Shown piece by piece: positions 16,720-25,713 of a stretch of 64,000 nt of DNA. A program made the position numbers and the translations under genes. The notes beneath the pieces were generated by a model, which saw nothing but the letters and a program-made list of their open reading frames with translations, did no database searches and was not told where the DNA came from. Each line of letters opens with the position of its first letter. Within the stretch, counting starts at the first letter, position 1. The stretch comes from Candidatus Binatia bacterium (lineage in GTDB: Bacteria > Desulfobacterota > Binatia > UBA9968 > JAJDTQ01), in the NCBI GenBank assembly GCA_963666515.2, contig OY762897.2:2688001-2752000 (forward strand), read 5' to 3'.

Positions 16720-18083
16720 ACGGCCAAGTGACAGTGTCGCTATCTTCCGAAGTTCTCGATTCCGGATCGCCGGAAGAACGAGCGACGTTCGGTTCGTTTG
16801 CGGTGACGGCCAATGATCACCTGCTGACCTCTGGTGAGGATGTAGAACAAAAGGAGCTGCGCCACGGTCCGTATATTTCCGGTTATCCTATCGCCGAATG
16901 GCTCGCGTGGAACTGGTGGCGGCTTCGCTGGGAGGTCGGCCGTCCCTCCGATCGGGATGCCATGTCGCGTTGGGACTTCGCGCATTGTATGGCGACCATC
17001 GGCGAAGGTTACGTGTGGCCCAACATCACGATCTCCTCGGACGGAATGCAATCTTTCTTGATCTCCGAGCCTTCCCGTAACACCGAAAAGGTCTTGTTCC
17101 GTTACTCTGGAGCGCCGGGGCGCCAGAGGGTTCCAGCAGCCGAACTGGAAACTGCAATCGACGATTTCGTGGAAGATATACTGAACAGGCTCGATAGCGC
17201 GACAGTCCGAGAAAGCAATCTCCATCATCTTTGGAACGAACTGAAAAGCGAAAGAGCCGATCCTGAACTCGCGCGTTTTCGACGACTGGAAGCGCAACTA
17301 GGACTCGAACCGGATGAAGCGGACGAGAATGAGGTGCGCCGATACCTTGCCGACGCCGCCGAACTCGGGGAGGAGGCATTAGGTGAAATCGCTGCTGATG
17401 CGGTGCTGGGCGGTGGAAATTCGCGAAATATGTTTCGGGCGGCGGACTTTGCTCGGATCGCAAAGACAACCGGCTTCGACGCCGATCCGAAAGACGCGAT
17501 AGGGTTGAACGATGCAAAAGACCTTCTACCACCTTGGCAAGTCGAGGCCTGGAGCTTGGGAGAGCGATGCGCAAGAAAAATTCGTGGTCAAGAAAAACTG
17601 GGCGGGCAGCCAATTGACGACAAGACCTTGGCCGGCTTTGCAGGAATCGTTGGTGATGCGGTCTCGCTGGAAACACTGGATTCCGGGACAATGCCCATTT
17701 CCTTCGCACTGGACGCGGAAAGCGGCCATTCCAGAGTAGCGCTTCGGTCACGATGGAATACGGGGCGACGCTTTGACCTCGCCCGTCTGATTGGCGATCG
17801 TATGATGTGCACACGGTTTAGCAAGTCCCTCGAATGGCTCCTCCCCGCCACACGCGCTTCCAGCTATCGTCAGAAGATGCAGCGCGCATTCGCTGCGGAA
17901 CTCTTGAGTCCCTTCGCGTTCGTGGACAACATGATGGACGGCGATTATTCCGAAGAAAAACAGAACGAAGTCGCAGAGTACTTCAAGGTTTCTCCCATGA
18001 CTATTCAGACTCAACTAGTAAATCACCGTCGTATCGACCGCGACGATGCACCGGACGTCGTCAATCGTGACTGGGTCACTTAG
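16716..18083 (+). CDS. Hypothetical protein with C-terminal ImmA/IrrE (DUF955)-like domain lacking HExxH
   Basis: RRFDLARLIGD sits where R.RFT.AHELGH normally is; QRAFAAELLSP and terminal HTH EVAEYFKVSP match the ImmA/IrrE C-terminus. Confidence 0.62.
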   Translation: MNGQVTVSLSSEVLDSGSPEERATFGSFAVTANDHLLTSGEDVEQKELRHGPYISGYPIAEWLAWNWWRLRWEVGRPSDRDAMSRWDFAHCMATIGEGYVWPNITISSDGMQSFLISEPSRNTEKVLFRYSGAPGRQRVPAAELETAIDDFVEDILNRLDSATVRESNLHHLWNELKSERADPELARFRRLEAQLGLEPDEADENEVRRYLADAAELGEEALGEIAADAVLGGGNSRNMFRAADFARIAKTTGFDADPKDAIGLNDAKDLLPPWQVEAWSLGERCARKIRGQEKLGGQPIDDKTLAGFAGIVGDAVSLETLDSGTMPISFALDAESGHSRVALRSRWNTGRRFDLARLIGDRMMCTRFSKSLEWLLPATRASSYRQKMQRAFAAELLSPFAFVDNMMDGDYSEEKQNEVAEYFKVSPMTIQTQLVNHRRIDRDDAPDVVNRDWVT

Positions 18084-18136
18084 GAGAGGCCTGAGGTGGT
18101 CCCGGAAAATCATCCTCCTCTATACCACACCACCAC

Positions 18137-18622
18137 TTACTCTATAGAACCTGCCCGAACCTGCCAAAAACGATCACCCTCTTCATCTTTGGTCACATAC
18201 AAAAGAAAATGACGCACCCCTTTTTGAACCCTCATCTTTCCGACACAAAACAACACAATCTCACTAGATTCATCCAACACATCCTTTGCCACCAACCCTG
18301 GCATCGCAAGAATTTGTATCGACTCTTCCCAACTCAGGGAAGAGCTTCTTCTTCCTAAAGCCGAACTCACCTGTATAGCCTGTATAGTCAGCGAAATCTT
18401 CTGCCTCAAGGCTACTAAATCCTCATGGCTATTATTTTTCCTCCTCATTTCTTTATACTCTCCCGTCCTATCTTCCACCTGCTTGTACACCTTCAATGCG
18501 TTGTATTTTTGCTTCAATTGAGGAGTAACTTCCGATATCCAATCATCACAAGACTTCTCTTCCCCGTACGCCGAACCAAACCCAAAAACCAACGCCAACC
18601 CAAGAACTCTTAATAACCTCAT
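18137..18622 (-). CDS. Hypothetical secreted protein, markedly AT-rich
   Basis: Signal peptide MRLLRVLGLALVFGFGSAYG; RBS GGGAGGG; no family recognised. Confidence 0.55.
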   Translation of the reverse strand: MRLLRVLGLALVFGFGSAYGEEKSCDDWISEVTPQLKQKYNALKVYKQVEDRTGEYKEMRRKNNSHEDLVALRQKISLTIQAIQVSSALGRRSSSLSWEESIQILAMPGLVAKDVLDESSEIVLFCVGKMRVQKGVRHFLLYVTKDEEGDRFWQVRAGSIE

Positions 18623-18661
18623 CGTCCTTTTCCCTCCCTATTACCTATGGCCTTGCATATT

Positions 18662-19537
18662 CTATCTACTCCCCAAGCCTCGACCTGGTACAATGCGAGG
18701 CGGAGCGAACCCCCAGGCGAGTTCTTGGTCCGAAAACAGTAACCCGGCCAGATTACGGTTTCCCCCTTTGTGGTGAACCCAATAGGAACCGATCGCGGCG
18801 TCCATTTGTCGAGCAAGGTCGTCCATTAATGCCCAAAACTGACGTTGCGAGTCCTCGTTCTGGCTACCCATTCCATAAACGAACAGGCAGGCAATCCCAG
18901 GCTGCCCGCTATTGAAATATGGTCTTAGCCCGTATTCCAGTAGGTCGAAATCTGAGCGGTGCAGCTTATCATCATTCTCTCGGCCGCATTCCGAATATCT
19001 CATCGGGTCCATCGAAAACAGCCATGGCTTGTCGAGGCGGTCGGGGCAGCCCAACACGCCGTCCGGACTCAGTTGCTCGCGCCATGATGATGGGGATGGG
19101 GGGACAACCATTCTCGAATCGGCCCAAGTCTCCGCGAGTTTCTGATGCTTGGCTTCGTCCGTTTCCGTGATGCCGCCAGACAGCCGGTCAGCCCCAATGA
19201 CCGCCCGCAACAGTTCCGCGGAGTTCGGGTAGTGCTTTCCTGTCTTCAACTCATCGAACAGATTTACAATGTCGGGCCGGTACGCCTGCGATTTCCATGA
19301 CGCCCGGTACGCCTTCACAATCTCCCGTTCATTGCATTTAGGTTCGCCGGAAGCCTCAACCAAAGCATCGTATAGGAGATTCTTTTGGACATTCGATTCT
19401 TCGAGCTCTTCAAACGGCTTCATGCCATGAGTCAAAGCGACATGGAGCCTGCGGCGGCGATCGGCTTGCGCGAGACGCGCCGCCGCTTCGATTTCAACGC
19501 AATGCTGCAGGTAGTTTCCGTCGTTACCCTTTGCCAA
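18662..19537 (-). CDS. Hypothetical protein, divergent RlmJ-like SAM-dependent methyltransferase fold
   Basis: Motifs GNDGNYLQH, LTHG, HYPNS, TETD and MDPMRY are colinear with RlmJ GNxAD..KH, DTHAG, YPGS, ELH and IDPPY. Confidence 0.45.
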   Translation of the reverse strand: MAKGNDGNYLQHCVEIEAAARLAQADRRRRLHVALTHGMKPFEELEESNVQKNLLYDALVEASGEPKCNEREIVKAYRASWKSQAYRPDIVNLFDELKTGKHYPNSAELLRAVIGADRLSGGITETDEAKHQKLAETWADSRMVVPPSPSSWREQLSPDGVLGCPDRLDKPWLFSMDPMRYSECGRENDDKLHRSDFDLLEYGLRPYFNSGQPGIACLFVYGMGSQNEDSQRQFWALMDDLARQMDAAIGSYWVHHKGGNRNLAGLLFSDQELAWGFAPPRIVPGRGLGSR

Positions 19538-20036
19538 GTGAGGCGTCTCCGTTGAGCCCGAAAGAGTCGTGCCATTGACGCTACCTTAACATCTGCCTGA
19601 TCGTTTCCGCCACCCGCTCGGCAGCTTCGCTCAGCGATGCGTCGTCGAGGTGGACGGTTCGTCGTGCTGACGCGGCGAAGCCCGAGCAGGCGTCCCGCGA
19701 CATGCAGGCCCTCCCCCCGCTACCTTACGAATGGATTGCCGGCGACTGGTGGCCGATCGGCCACAGTCGGGCTGAACGAGGAGAACACTGGAAAGTCGCG
19801 TCGGCAGAGTCTCTTGTAGTTGTGTCGATGAACTTCCGTTGCGGAGTTGTACTTTTTCGTCATACAAAACGTGCGCAATCATCGATTCTACCGAGGACAG
19901 ACCGACGGAAGCCAGTGCCGACCGCGTTGACGAGGCCATCTATCGAGGCAGCGACGCGCCGCCGGGAGCGGCCCTCCGTTACCACCACGACATTGATTGT
20001 GTTGACCACCCTTCCCAGCCGGCTTATTATTTTCTC

Positions 20037-20672
20037 ATGTCGAAGCGCACCTTCACCCGGCGCGGCGCCTTGATTGCCGTGGCAGCGGCGGGCGTCACAA
20101 CCCTGTCTTGTCTGGCCCGGACGCGGGCAACGCTCCTGGTCTATCCTTTTTCCGGACCCGCCGCCGGCCGCTCCCTCGGGCTCGCTCCGCCGCTTGCCTG
20201 CACGCGCGCCATACCCGAGCTGACCGATGGACCGTTCTACACCCCGGGGACGCCGCTTCGGACCAATCTGCGGGAACCGGGCACGAGCGGCCGGCCACTG
20301 GTGGTGCAGGGGCTCGTGCTCTCGCCGGACTGCCGCCCCATCGGCGGCGCCGTGGTGGACATCTGGCATTCCGACGAGCGCGGCCGCTACGACAATTCCG
20401 GTTTCCGGTATCGCGGCCACCAGTACACCGACGACGCCGGGGCGTTTCGTTTCGAGACCATCCGGCCCGTGCGGTATACCGGGCGCACGCCCCATATCCA
20501 CGTCAAGGTTCAGGGCCCGTCCACGCGCCTGCTCACGACGCAGCTCTACTTTCCCGACCTGCGCGACGAGAACGCCCGGGACTCGATCTACCACGACGAC
20601 CTTCTGCTGGACCTGAGCCGCACCCCGCAGGGCTGGCTCGGGCGCTTCGACTTCGTGCTCGCCCCGGCCTGA
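20037..20672 (+). CDS. Intradiol ring-cleavage dioxygenase family protein with Tat signal
   Basis: TRRGALI twin-arginine signal; TDGPFY, VDIWHSD..G.Y, RTPHIHVKV, TTQLYF. Confidence 0.85.
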   Translation: MSKRTFTRRGALIAVAAAGVTTLSCLARTRATLLVYPFSGPAAGRSLGLAPPLACTRAIPELTDGPFYTPGTPLRTNLREPGTSGRPLVVQGLVLSPDCRPIGGAVVDIWHSDERGRYDNSGFRYRGHQYTDDAGAFRFETIRPVRYTGRTPHIHVKVQGPSTRLLTTQLYFPDLRDENARDSIYHDDLLLDLSRTPQGWLGRFDFVLAPA

Positions 20673-20757
20673 TGGCGACCGCCGGCGCAACGCATTGACC
20701 TCGCGGCGCCGGACCACGGACTCCCGGTTTCGACAGTCTCGTGCCCTGCGTCACGGC

Positions 20758-21090
20758 CTACCTCACGTAACGGAACTCCAGCGTGGTACAGCCTTCCTCG
20801 GTCCGGTAGGGACCGTGCTTCATTCCCGGGGGACGGCAGGCATACATCCCCTTCCTGAGAAGGCGGTCGCCATCCCACTGGCTCCCCTCCACGATGTACA
20901 CCTCCTCCCAGAAATCGTGGACGAAGGTCTCCGTGCTCGCCCCGCCGGGATCCACCTTGAGCATCCGGGTGACGAACCCGATCTCCGTATCCTCGGTCAG
21001 GATCTTCTGGTAGTGGCCCGGCGGCGCTCCCTCCACCGGCACCCAGGGCAGGTCGTCCACCGGAAAGAATTCGAGTTCTGGCTTGGGCAT
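20758..21090 (-). CDS. Cupin domain protein (paralog of 1659..2015)
   Basis: HDFWEEVYIVEGS and GMYACRPPGMKHGPY; GAAGGAGG RBS. Confidence 0.8.
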   Translation of the reverse strand: MPKPELEFFPVDDLPWVPVEGAPPGHYQKILTEDTEIGFVTRMLKVDPGGASTETFVHDFWEEVYIVEGSQWDGDRLLRKGMYACRPPGMKHGPYRTEEGCTTLEFRYVR

Positions 21091-21171
21091 GGCGGACCTC
21101 CTTCGTTCATGGCGTTTCTATGCGCCGATGTGTTTCTATGCACCGGCGGCACCTATACTATCATACGAGGT

Positions 21172-22407
21172 ATGGGGCGCGGCACCGGGGAAATATTCAT
21201 CATCGCGGTCTTCTGCCTGGCGCAGTCGCTGGCGCAGATCGGCGCCATGACGTTCGCGGCGCTGCTGCCGGCCTTCTTCGCGGAATGGTCGCTCAGCCAC
21301 GCGGAGGCGGGCTGGCTTTCCGGCATCATGTTCGGCGCCTACGCCGCCGCGGTGCCGATCCTGTTGCCGATGACGGACCGCGTCGATGCGCGCAGGGTCT
21401 ACATGTGCGCGGTGTCCGTGACCATGCTTTCCCATCTCGGCATGGCCTTCCTTGCGGACGGCTTCTGGACCGGCCTTGTCTTTCGCGCGTTGAACGGCAT
21501 CGGCTGGGCCGGGACCTACATGGTGGGGCTCAAGGCGCTTTCCGACCAGGTGGAGGGGCCGGCGCAATCGCGCGCCGTGGCCGTTCATGGCGCCAGCACC
21601 GGCATCAGCAGCTCGTTCTCCTTCGTCATCGCCGGCGCGGTGACGGCGCACTTCGGCTGGCAGGCCGCGTTCATGGTGGGAGCGGGCGGGGCTTTCGGAG
21701 CGCTGCTGGTGGCCTTGACCCTGTTTCCGTCAAGTCCTCGGAGGGAGAGACCGGCTCCGCCGGTGCGGCTCGTGGACTTCAGGCCGGTGCTGCGCAACGC
21801 CTCGGTCATGGCCTATGCGCTGGGCTACTGCGTGCACACCTGGGAGATGTTCGTCGTCCGCTCCTGGATGGTGACCTTCCTGACCTTTGCGGCGGCCCAA
21901 GGGGACGGTGCGCCGAACTTTCTGGTCCCGACCATGGTGGCGACCCCGGCGAGCCTGCTCGGCACGGCCTCCAGCGTCCTCGGCAACGAGATGGCGCGGC
22001 GCATCGGGCGCAAGCGCTGGATACTGCTCGTCTTCACGGTGTCCATGGCGCTGGCGCTGTTGGTCGGGTTCACCGCGGGGATAGGATACGGCACGGCCGC
22101 TACCATCTGTCTCCTCTACAACGCGGCGATCTACGCGGATTCCTCGTCGCTCACCGCCGGCACGGTCGGCAACGCCGACCCGGAGAGGCGAGGCGCCGCG
22201 CTGGCCGTGCACGCGATGCTGGGCTACGGCGGCGGCTTCGTCGGACCGTTGATGATGGGCCTGATCCTGCACATGCTGGGCGGCGAAAGCGTCCTCAACT
22301 GGGGCATCGGCTTCGGCCACATCGCCATCGTGCTGCTGGCGGGGCCGCTGGCCATCCGGATCCTGAAGCCGCGTGACCTGCCCGGCGACCGCCCGAGCAC
22401 AGGCTAG
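21172..22407 (+). CDS. MFS transporter
   Basis: About 12 TM segments; DRVDARR loop, GTYMVGLK and HTWEMF motifs. Confidence 0.85.
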   Translation: MGRGTGEIFIIAVFCLAQSLAQIGAMTFAALLPAFFAEWSLSHAEAGWLSGIMFGAYAAAVPILLPMTDRVDARRVYMCAVSVTMLSHLGMAFLADGFWTGLVFRALNGIGWAGTYMVGLKALSDQVEGPAQSRAVAVHGASTGISSSFSFVIAGAVTAHFGWQAAFMVGAGGAFGALLVALTLFPSSPRRERPAPPVRLVDFRPVLRNASVMAYALGYCVHTWEMFVVRSWMVTFLTFAAAQGDGAPNFLVPTMVATPASLLGTASSVLGNEMARRIGRKRWILLVFTVSMALALLVGFTAGIGYGTAATICLLYNAAIYADSSSLTAGTVGNADPERRGAALAVHAMLGYGGGFVGPLMMGLILHMLGGESVLNWGIGFGHIAIVLLAGPLAIRILKPRDLPGDRPSTG

Positions 22408-22417
22408 TGCGCGACCA

Positions 22418-23239
22418 TCAGGAGAATCGCCGCAAGGAAGTAGCGAGCCCCATGAGGGAAAGACTGTAGATCAGCCATTTTGATGGATCGAAATTGTACC
22501 ACTGGGGGCCGTTCCGATAATCACTTTGATACCTGTGGTGGTAGTTGTGGTAGCCCTCTCCGAAGGTGACGAGCGAGACCCACCAACTGTCACGGCTGGA
22601 ATCGGCTGCTCCGTGAGGCTGGGAGCCCCACAGATGGCAAATGGAATTGATGCAAAACGTGGAGTTCAAGACAAAAAAGGTCCGCCCGACTCCGGCGAGC
22701 AAGAAGCATCCGAGCCCCCCGAACCAGCCGTCGTACAAGAAGCCCACCACGAACGGAAGCGCCAGGCCGGAAAGGACGATGGGAATGTAGTAACGATGCT
22801 GCCACATGACGACGGCGTCCTGTTGCAGCTTGCGGGCGAACCTGTCGTCCTTATGGGGATCCTTCCAGAACAGCCAACCACAATGACTATGCCAGAATCC
22901 TCGCGTGGCGCTATAGGGGTCTCCTTCCCGGTCGCACCGGGCATGATGGCGGATATGATCGGCCGTCCATCTGAAGCCTGAATTCTGCAGAGCCCATCCT
23001 CCTGCGATCAAGAGGAGGCCTTTCACCCAATCGGTGCAAGCGAAACTCCGATGAGCCAGCAAGCGGTGGTACCCCACGGTGACGCCCAGTCCCGTGATGA
23101 TATAGAGCATCACGAACATGACCCAATCGAGCCACGAATAACCGTAAAAGTACGCGTACGCGGGCAACCCGACGACTGCACCGCCCACGACGCTGGCAAA
23201 CAACGTGATGTTCAAACGATTGGGGGTCCGTGTTGTCAT
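22418..23239 (-). CDS. Acyl-CoA (delta-9) fatty acid desaturase
   Basis: His boxes GYHRLLAHRSF, HIRHH and GEGYHNYHH; DPSKWLI. Confidence 0.92.
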   Translation of the reverse strand: MTTRTPNRLNITLFASVVGGAVVGLPAYAYFYGYSWLDWVMFVMLYIITGLGVTVGYHRLLAHRSFACTDWVKGLLLIAGGWALQNSGFRWTADHIRHHARCDREGDPYSATRGFWHSHCGWLFWKDPHKDDRFARKLQQDAVVMWQHRYYIPIVLSGLALPFVVGFLYDGWFGGLGCFLLAGVGRTFFVLNSTFCINSICHLWGSQPHGAADSSRDSWWVSLVTFGEGYHNYHHRYQSDYRNGPQWYNFDPSKWLIYSLSLMGLATSLRRFS

Positions 23240-23268
23240 TCAATACTTCCTCTTTCCTTTTTCCTGCT

Positions 23269-24720
23269 CTACCCGCCTTCCACGATGCTTCCCCGCTCGA
23301 TGACGAAGGTCCGGTCGAGAAGCCTCGCGATGTGGACGTCGTTGGACTCGGCCACGAGCACGGAGGCGCCTTCCTTCTTGAGGTCGTCGAGTATCTCCAC
23401 CATGCGCTGGGCGAAAATCGGCGCGATGCCCTCGCCGGGCTCGTCCAGCAGCAGCAGCCGGGTGCCGCACATGAGCGCGCGGGCGAAGGCGACGAACTTC
23501 TGCTGGCCGCCGGACAGGCTGGTGGCGCCGCGGTGGCGGAATTCCTCGACCTCGGGCATGAGGCCGTAGATCCATTGGAGGCGTTCTCGGGCGTTTTCCG
23601 CGCCGGTGGCCCAGACCGGCAGCAGGATGTTCTCCTCCGCGGTCAGCTCGGGCACCAGCCGGCGGTCCTCGGGCATGAAGCCGATGCCCAGGTGCGCCCG
23701 GCGATGGGCCGGGGTGGCGGCCAGGTCGACGTCGCCGAGCCGTACCGTGCCCCGCTGGATCGACAGCGCGCCCATGACCGCCCGCATGAACGTGGTCTTG
23801 CCCGCGCCGTTCCGGCCGATGAGGCCGCACATGGAACCCGACGGGACGCTCAAATGGACCCCACGCAGGATCGGCGTGGCGCCGATGCCTACGTCGAGGT
23901 CGTCGACGGCGAGAGTCTCCTCCACGGATGAAGAACGCCCGGATGCCGCCGGCGGCGCTTCCGCACCCGCGTCATGACCCCGGCCCAGCACGTACTCCCG
24001 TACGCCTTCGTCCTGCATTGCCTGCACGGTGGGGGCGTCGCAGATGATTTCCCCCTGGTAGAAGGCGAGCACCCGGTCCACGTACCGCTCAACGATCTCC
24101 ATGTCGTGCTCGATGAACAATACGGTGGTGCGTTCCTCCTTCAGCGCCTGCATGAGGATGTCCATGATGGCGAACTTCTCTTCCGCGCTGATGCCGCTGG
24201 TGGGCTCGTCCAGCATGAGCAGCCTGGGCTTGCGCACCGTGGCCATGGCGATGTCCAGGAGCTTGCGGATGCCCTGGGGCAGCGCCGAGCCGATGACGTC
24301 CCGGTAGTCCGCGATCTGGTAGCGCGCCAGATGAGCTTCCACCCGCGCCGCCCGCTCTTCCTCCATGAGCGGCGTCAAAAGGCCCGCCCCGTCCTCCTCG
24401 GCGACGCCGAAGGCCATCATCAGGTTGTCGAAGACCGTCTCCGAGAGGAAAACCTGCGGGACCTGAAAGGAACGGCAGAGGCCCAGGCGCGTGATGGCCC
24501 GCACAGAGAGGCCGAGGATGTCGCGGCCCATGAACTCCACCGTGCCGCCGCCGGGCGGGAGGTGGCCGGTGACCAGGTTGACGAAGGTGGTCTTGCCGGC
24601 GCCGTTGGCGCCGATGACGCCGATGGTCTCGCCCTCCTCCACCACGACGTTGATGTCATGGGCGGCCACCACCGCGCCGAAGGACTTTTCCAGATCGTGG
24701 ACTTCCAGGACCGCGGACAT
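23269..24720 (-). CDS. Branched-chain amino acid-type ABC ATPase, fused LivG-LivF
   Basis: Two Walker A motifs (GANGAGKTT, GRNGAGKTT) and two Walker B motifs (LMLDEP, LLLDEP). Confidence 0.88.
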   Translation of the reverse strand: MSAVLEVHDLEKSFGAVVAAHDINVVVEEGETIGVIGANGAGKTTFVNLVTGHLPPGGGTVEFMGRDILGLSVRAITRLGLCRSFQVPQVFLSETVFDNLMMAFGVAEEDGAGLLTPLMEEERAARVEAHLARYQIADYRDVIGSALPQGIRKLLDIAMATVRKPRLLMLDEPTSGISAEEKFAIMDILMQALKEERTTVLFIEHDMEIVERYVDRVLAFYQGEIICDAPTVQAMQDEGVREYVLGRGHDAGAEAPPAASGRSSSVEETLAVDDLDVGIGATPILRGVHLSVPSGSMCGLIGRNGAGKTTFMRAVMGALSIQRGTVRLGDVDLAATPAHRRAHLGIGFMPEDRRLVPELTAEENILLPVWATGAENARERLQWIYGLMPEVEEFRHRGATSLSGGQQKFVAFARALMCGTRLLLLDEPGEGIAPIFAQRMVEILDDLKKEGASVLVAESNDVHIARLLDRTFVIERGSIVEGG

Positions 24721-24726
24721 GGCCGG

Positions 24727-25713
24727 CTATGCCTCTTCTTTCCCGGTCCGAAGCGCCGCGCCCGCCCTTCTCCTGCTGCGCCACCGGTCCACCAGCGACC
24801 ACAGGCCGTTGGGCAGGAACATGATGATGGCGAGCAGCGTCCCGCCCATGATGAGCTGCCAGATTTCGGGGAACTTGTCGAAGGCGTAGGTGCGGATCAG
24901 CTCGTAGATCAAGGCGCCGATGAAGGGTGCGGTGACGTTGCCGGTGCCGCTCAGGATGGCGATGAAGACGAAGTCCCCGGACACCGGCCAGTACACCATG
25001 GAGTCCGGGTCTACGTGGCCGATGGTGAGGGCGGCGATGGCGCCGCCGAAACCGCCAAGGAGTCCGGAGACGACGAACTTGGCGTGGACCGCCCGTTCCC
25101 CGGAGTAGCCCAGGTAACCCAGCCGGATCTCGTTCTCGCGCACCGCGGTGGTCATGTTGCCCAGGGTGGAGCGCAGGTAGAGGTGCACCAGCACCGCCAC
25201 CCCCCAGGTCAGGATGACCGCGAACACGAACAGCGCGGTCTTGTTCTCCGCTCCCAGCGGCGCGTACCAGAGGTAGGTCGTCGTCTCCAGGCTGATGCCG
25301 TCGGTGGATCCCAGCTCCTCCAACTTGGCCAGCACGCCGTAGAGGATCATGGAGAACGCCATGTTCAACAGCGCGAAGAAGATGCCGCGGTACTGCCGCA
25401 GCAGGAACCCCAGGCCGTACGCAAGCAGGCCCGCGGTCACCACCGCGCAGGCGATGGTCAGGAAGGCGTCGGTGATGCCCAGGTACCGGCTCATCAGGCC
25501 CACGGTGTAGGCGCCGACGCCGAAGTAGAGCGCGTGACCGAAGGAGATCAGCCCGCAGCGCCACAGCACCAGGAGACCCAGCGCCACCGAACCCCGGGCC
25601 AGGGAAAGGGTAAGGATGGAACGGAACCAGTCCGGCACCACGAAGTTGAGCAGCAGCAGCGCAACGAGGCCGATGGTCAGGCCCCAGAGGGTCTTGTCCT
25701 GGCGCCAGGTCAT
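24727..25713 (-). CDS. Branched-chain amino acid-type ABC permease (LivM-like)
   Basis: GLISFGHALYFGVGAY; AVRENE.R..LGY. Confidence 0.9.
   Translation of the reverse strand: MTWRQDKTLWGLTIGLVALLLLNFVVPDWFRSILTLSLARGSVALGLLVLWRCGLISFGHALYFGVGAYTVGLMSRYLGITDAFLTIACAVVTAGLLAYGLGFLLRQYRGIFFALLNMAFSMILYGVLAKLEELGSTDGISLETTTYLWYAPLGAENKTALFVFAVILTWGVAVLVHLYLRSTLGNMTTAVRENEIRLGYLGYSGERAVHAKFVVSGLLGGFGGAIAALTIGHVDPDSMVYWPVSGDFVFIAILSGTGNVTAPFIGALIYELIRTYAFDKFPEIWQLIMGGTLLAIIMFLPNGLWSLVDRWRSRRRAGAALRTGKEEA

Noticed and set aside
10489-19600. Accessory patch as a prophage or integrative element
   Set aside because: No integrase, transposase, phage structural gene, tRNA target or flanking direct repeat was seen.
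19560-20036. Short ORFs (19631..19939, 19637..19819, 19702..20073) and the extended dioxygenase start
   Set aside because: No recognisable motifs or RBS; the Tat signal places the dioxygenase start at 20037.
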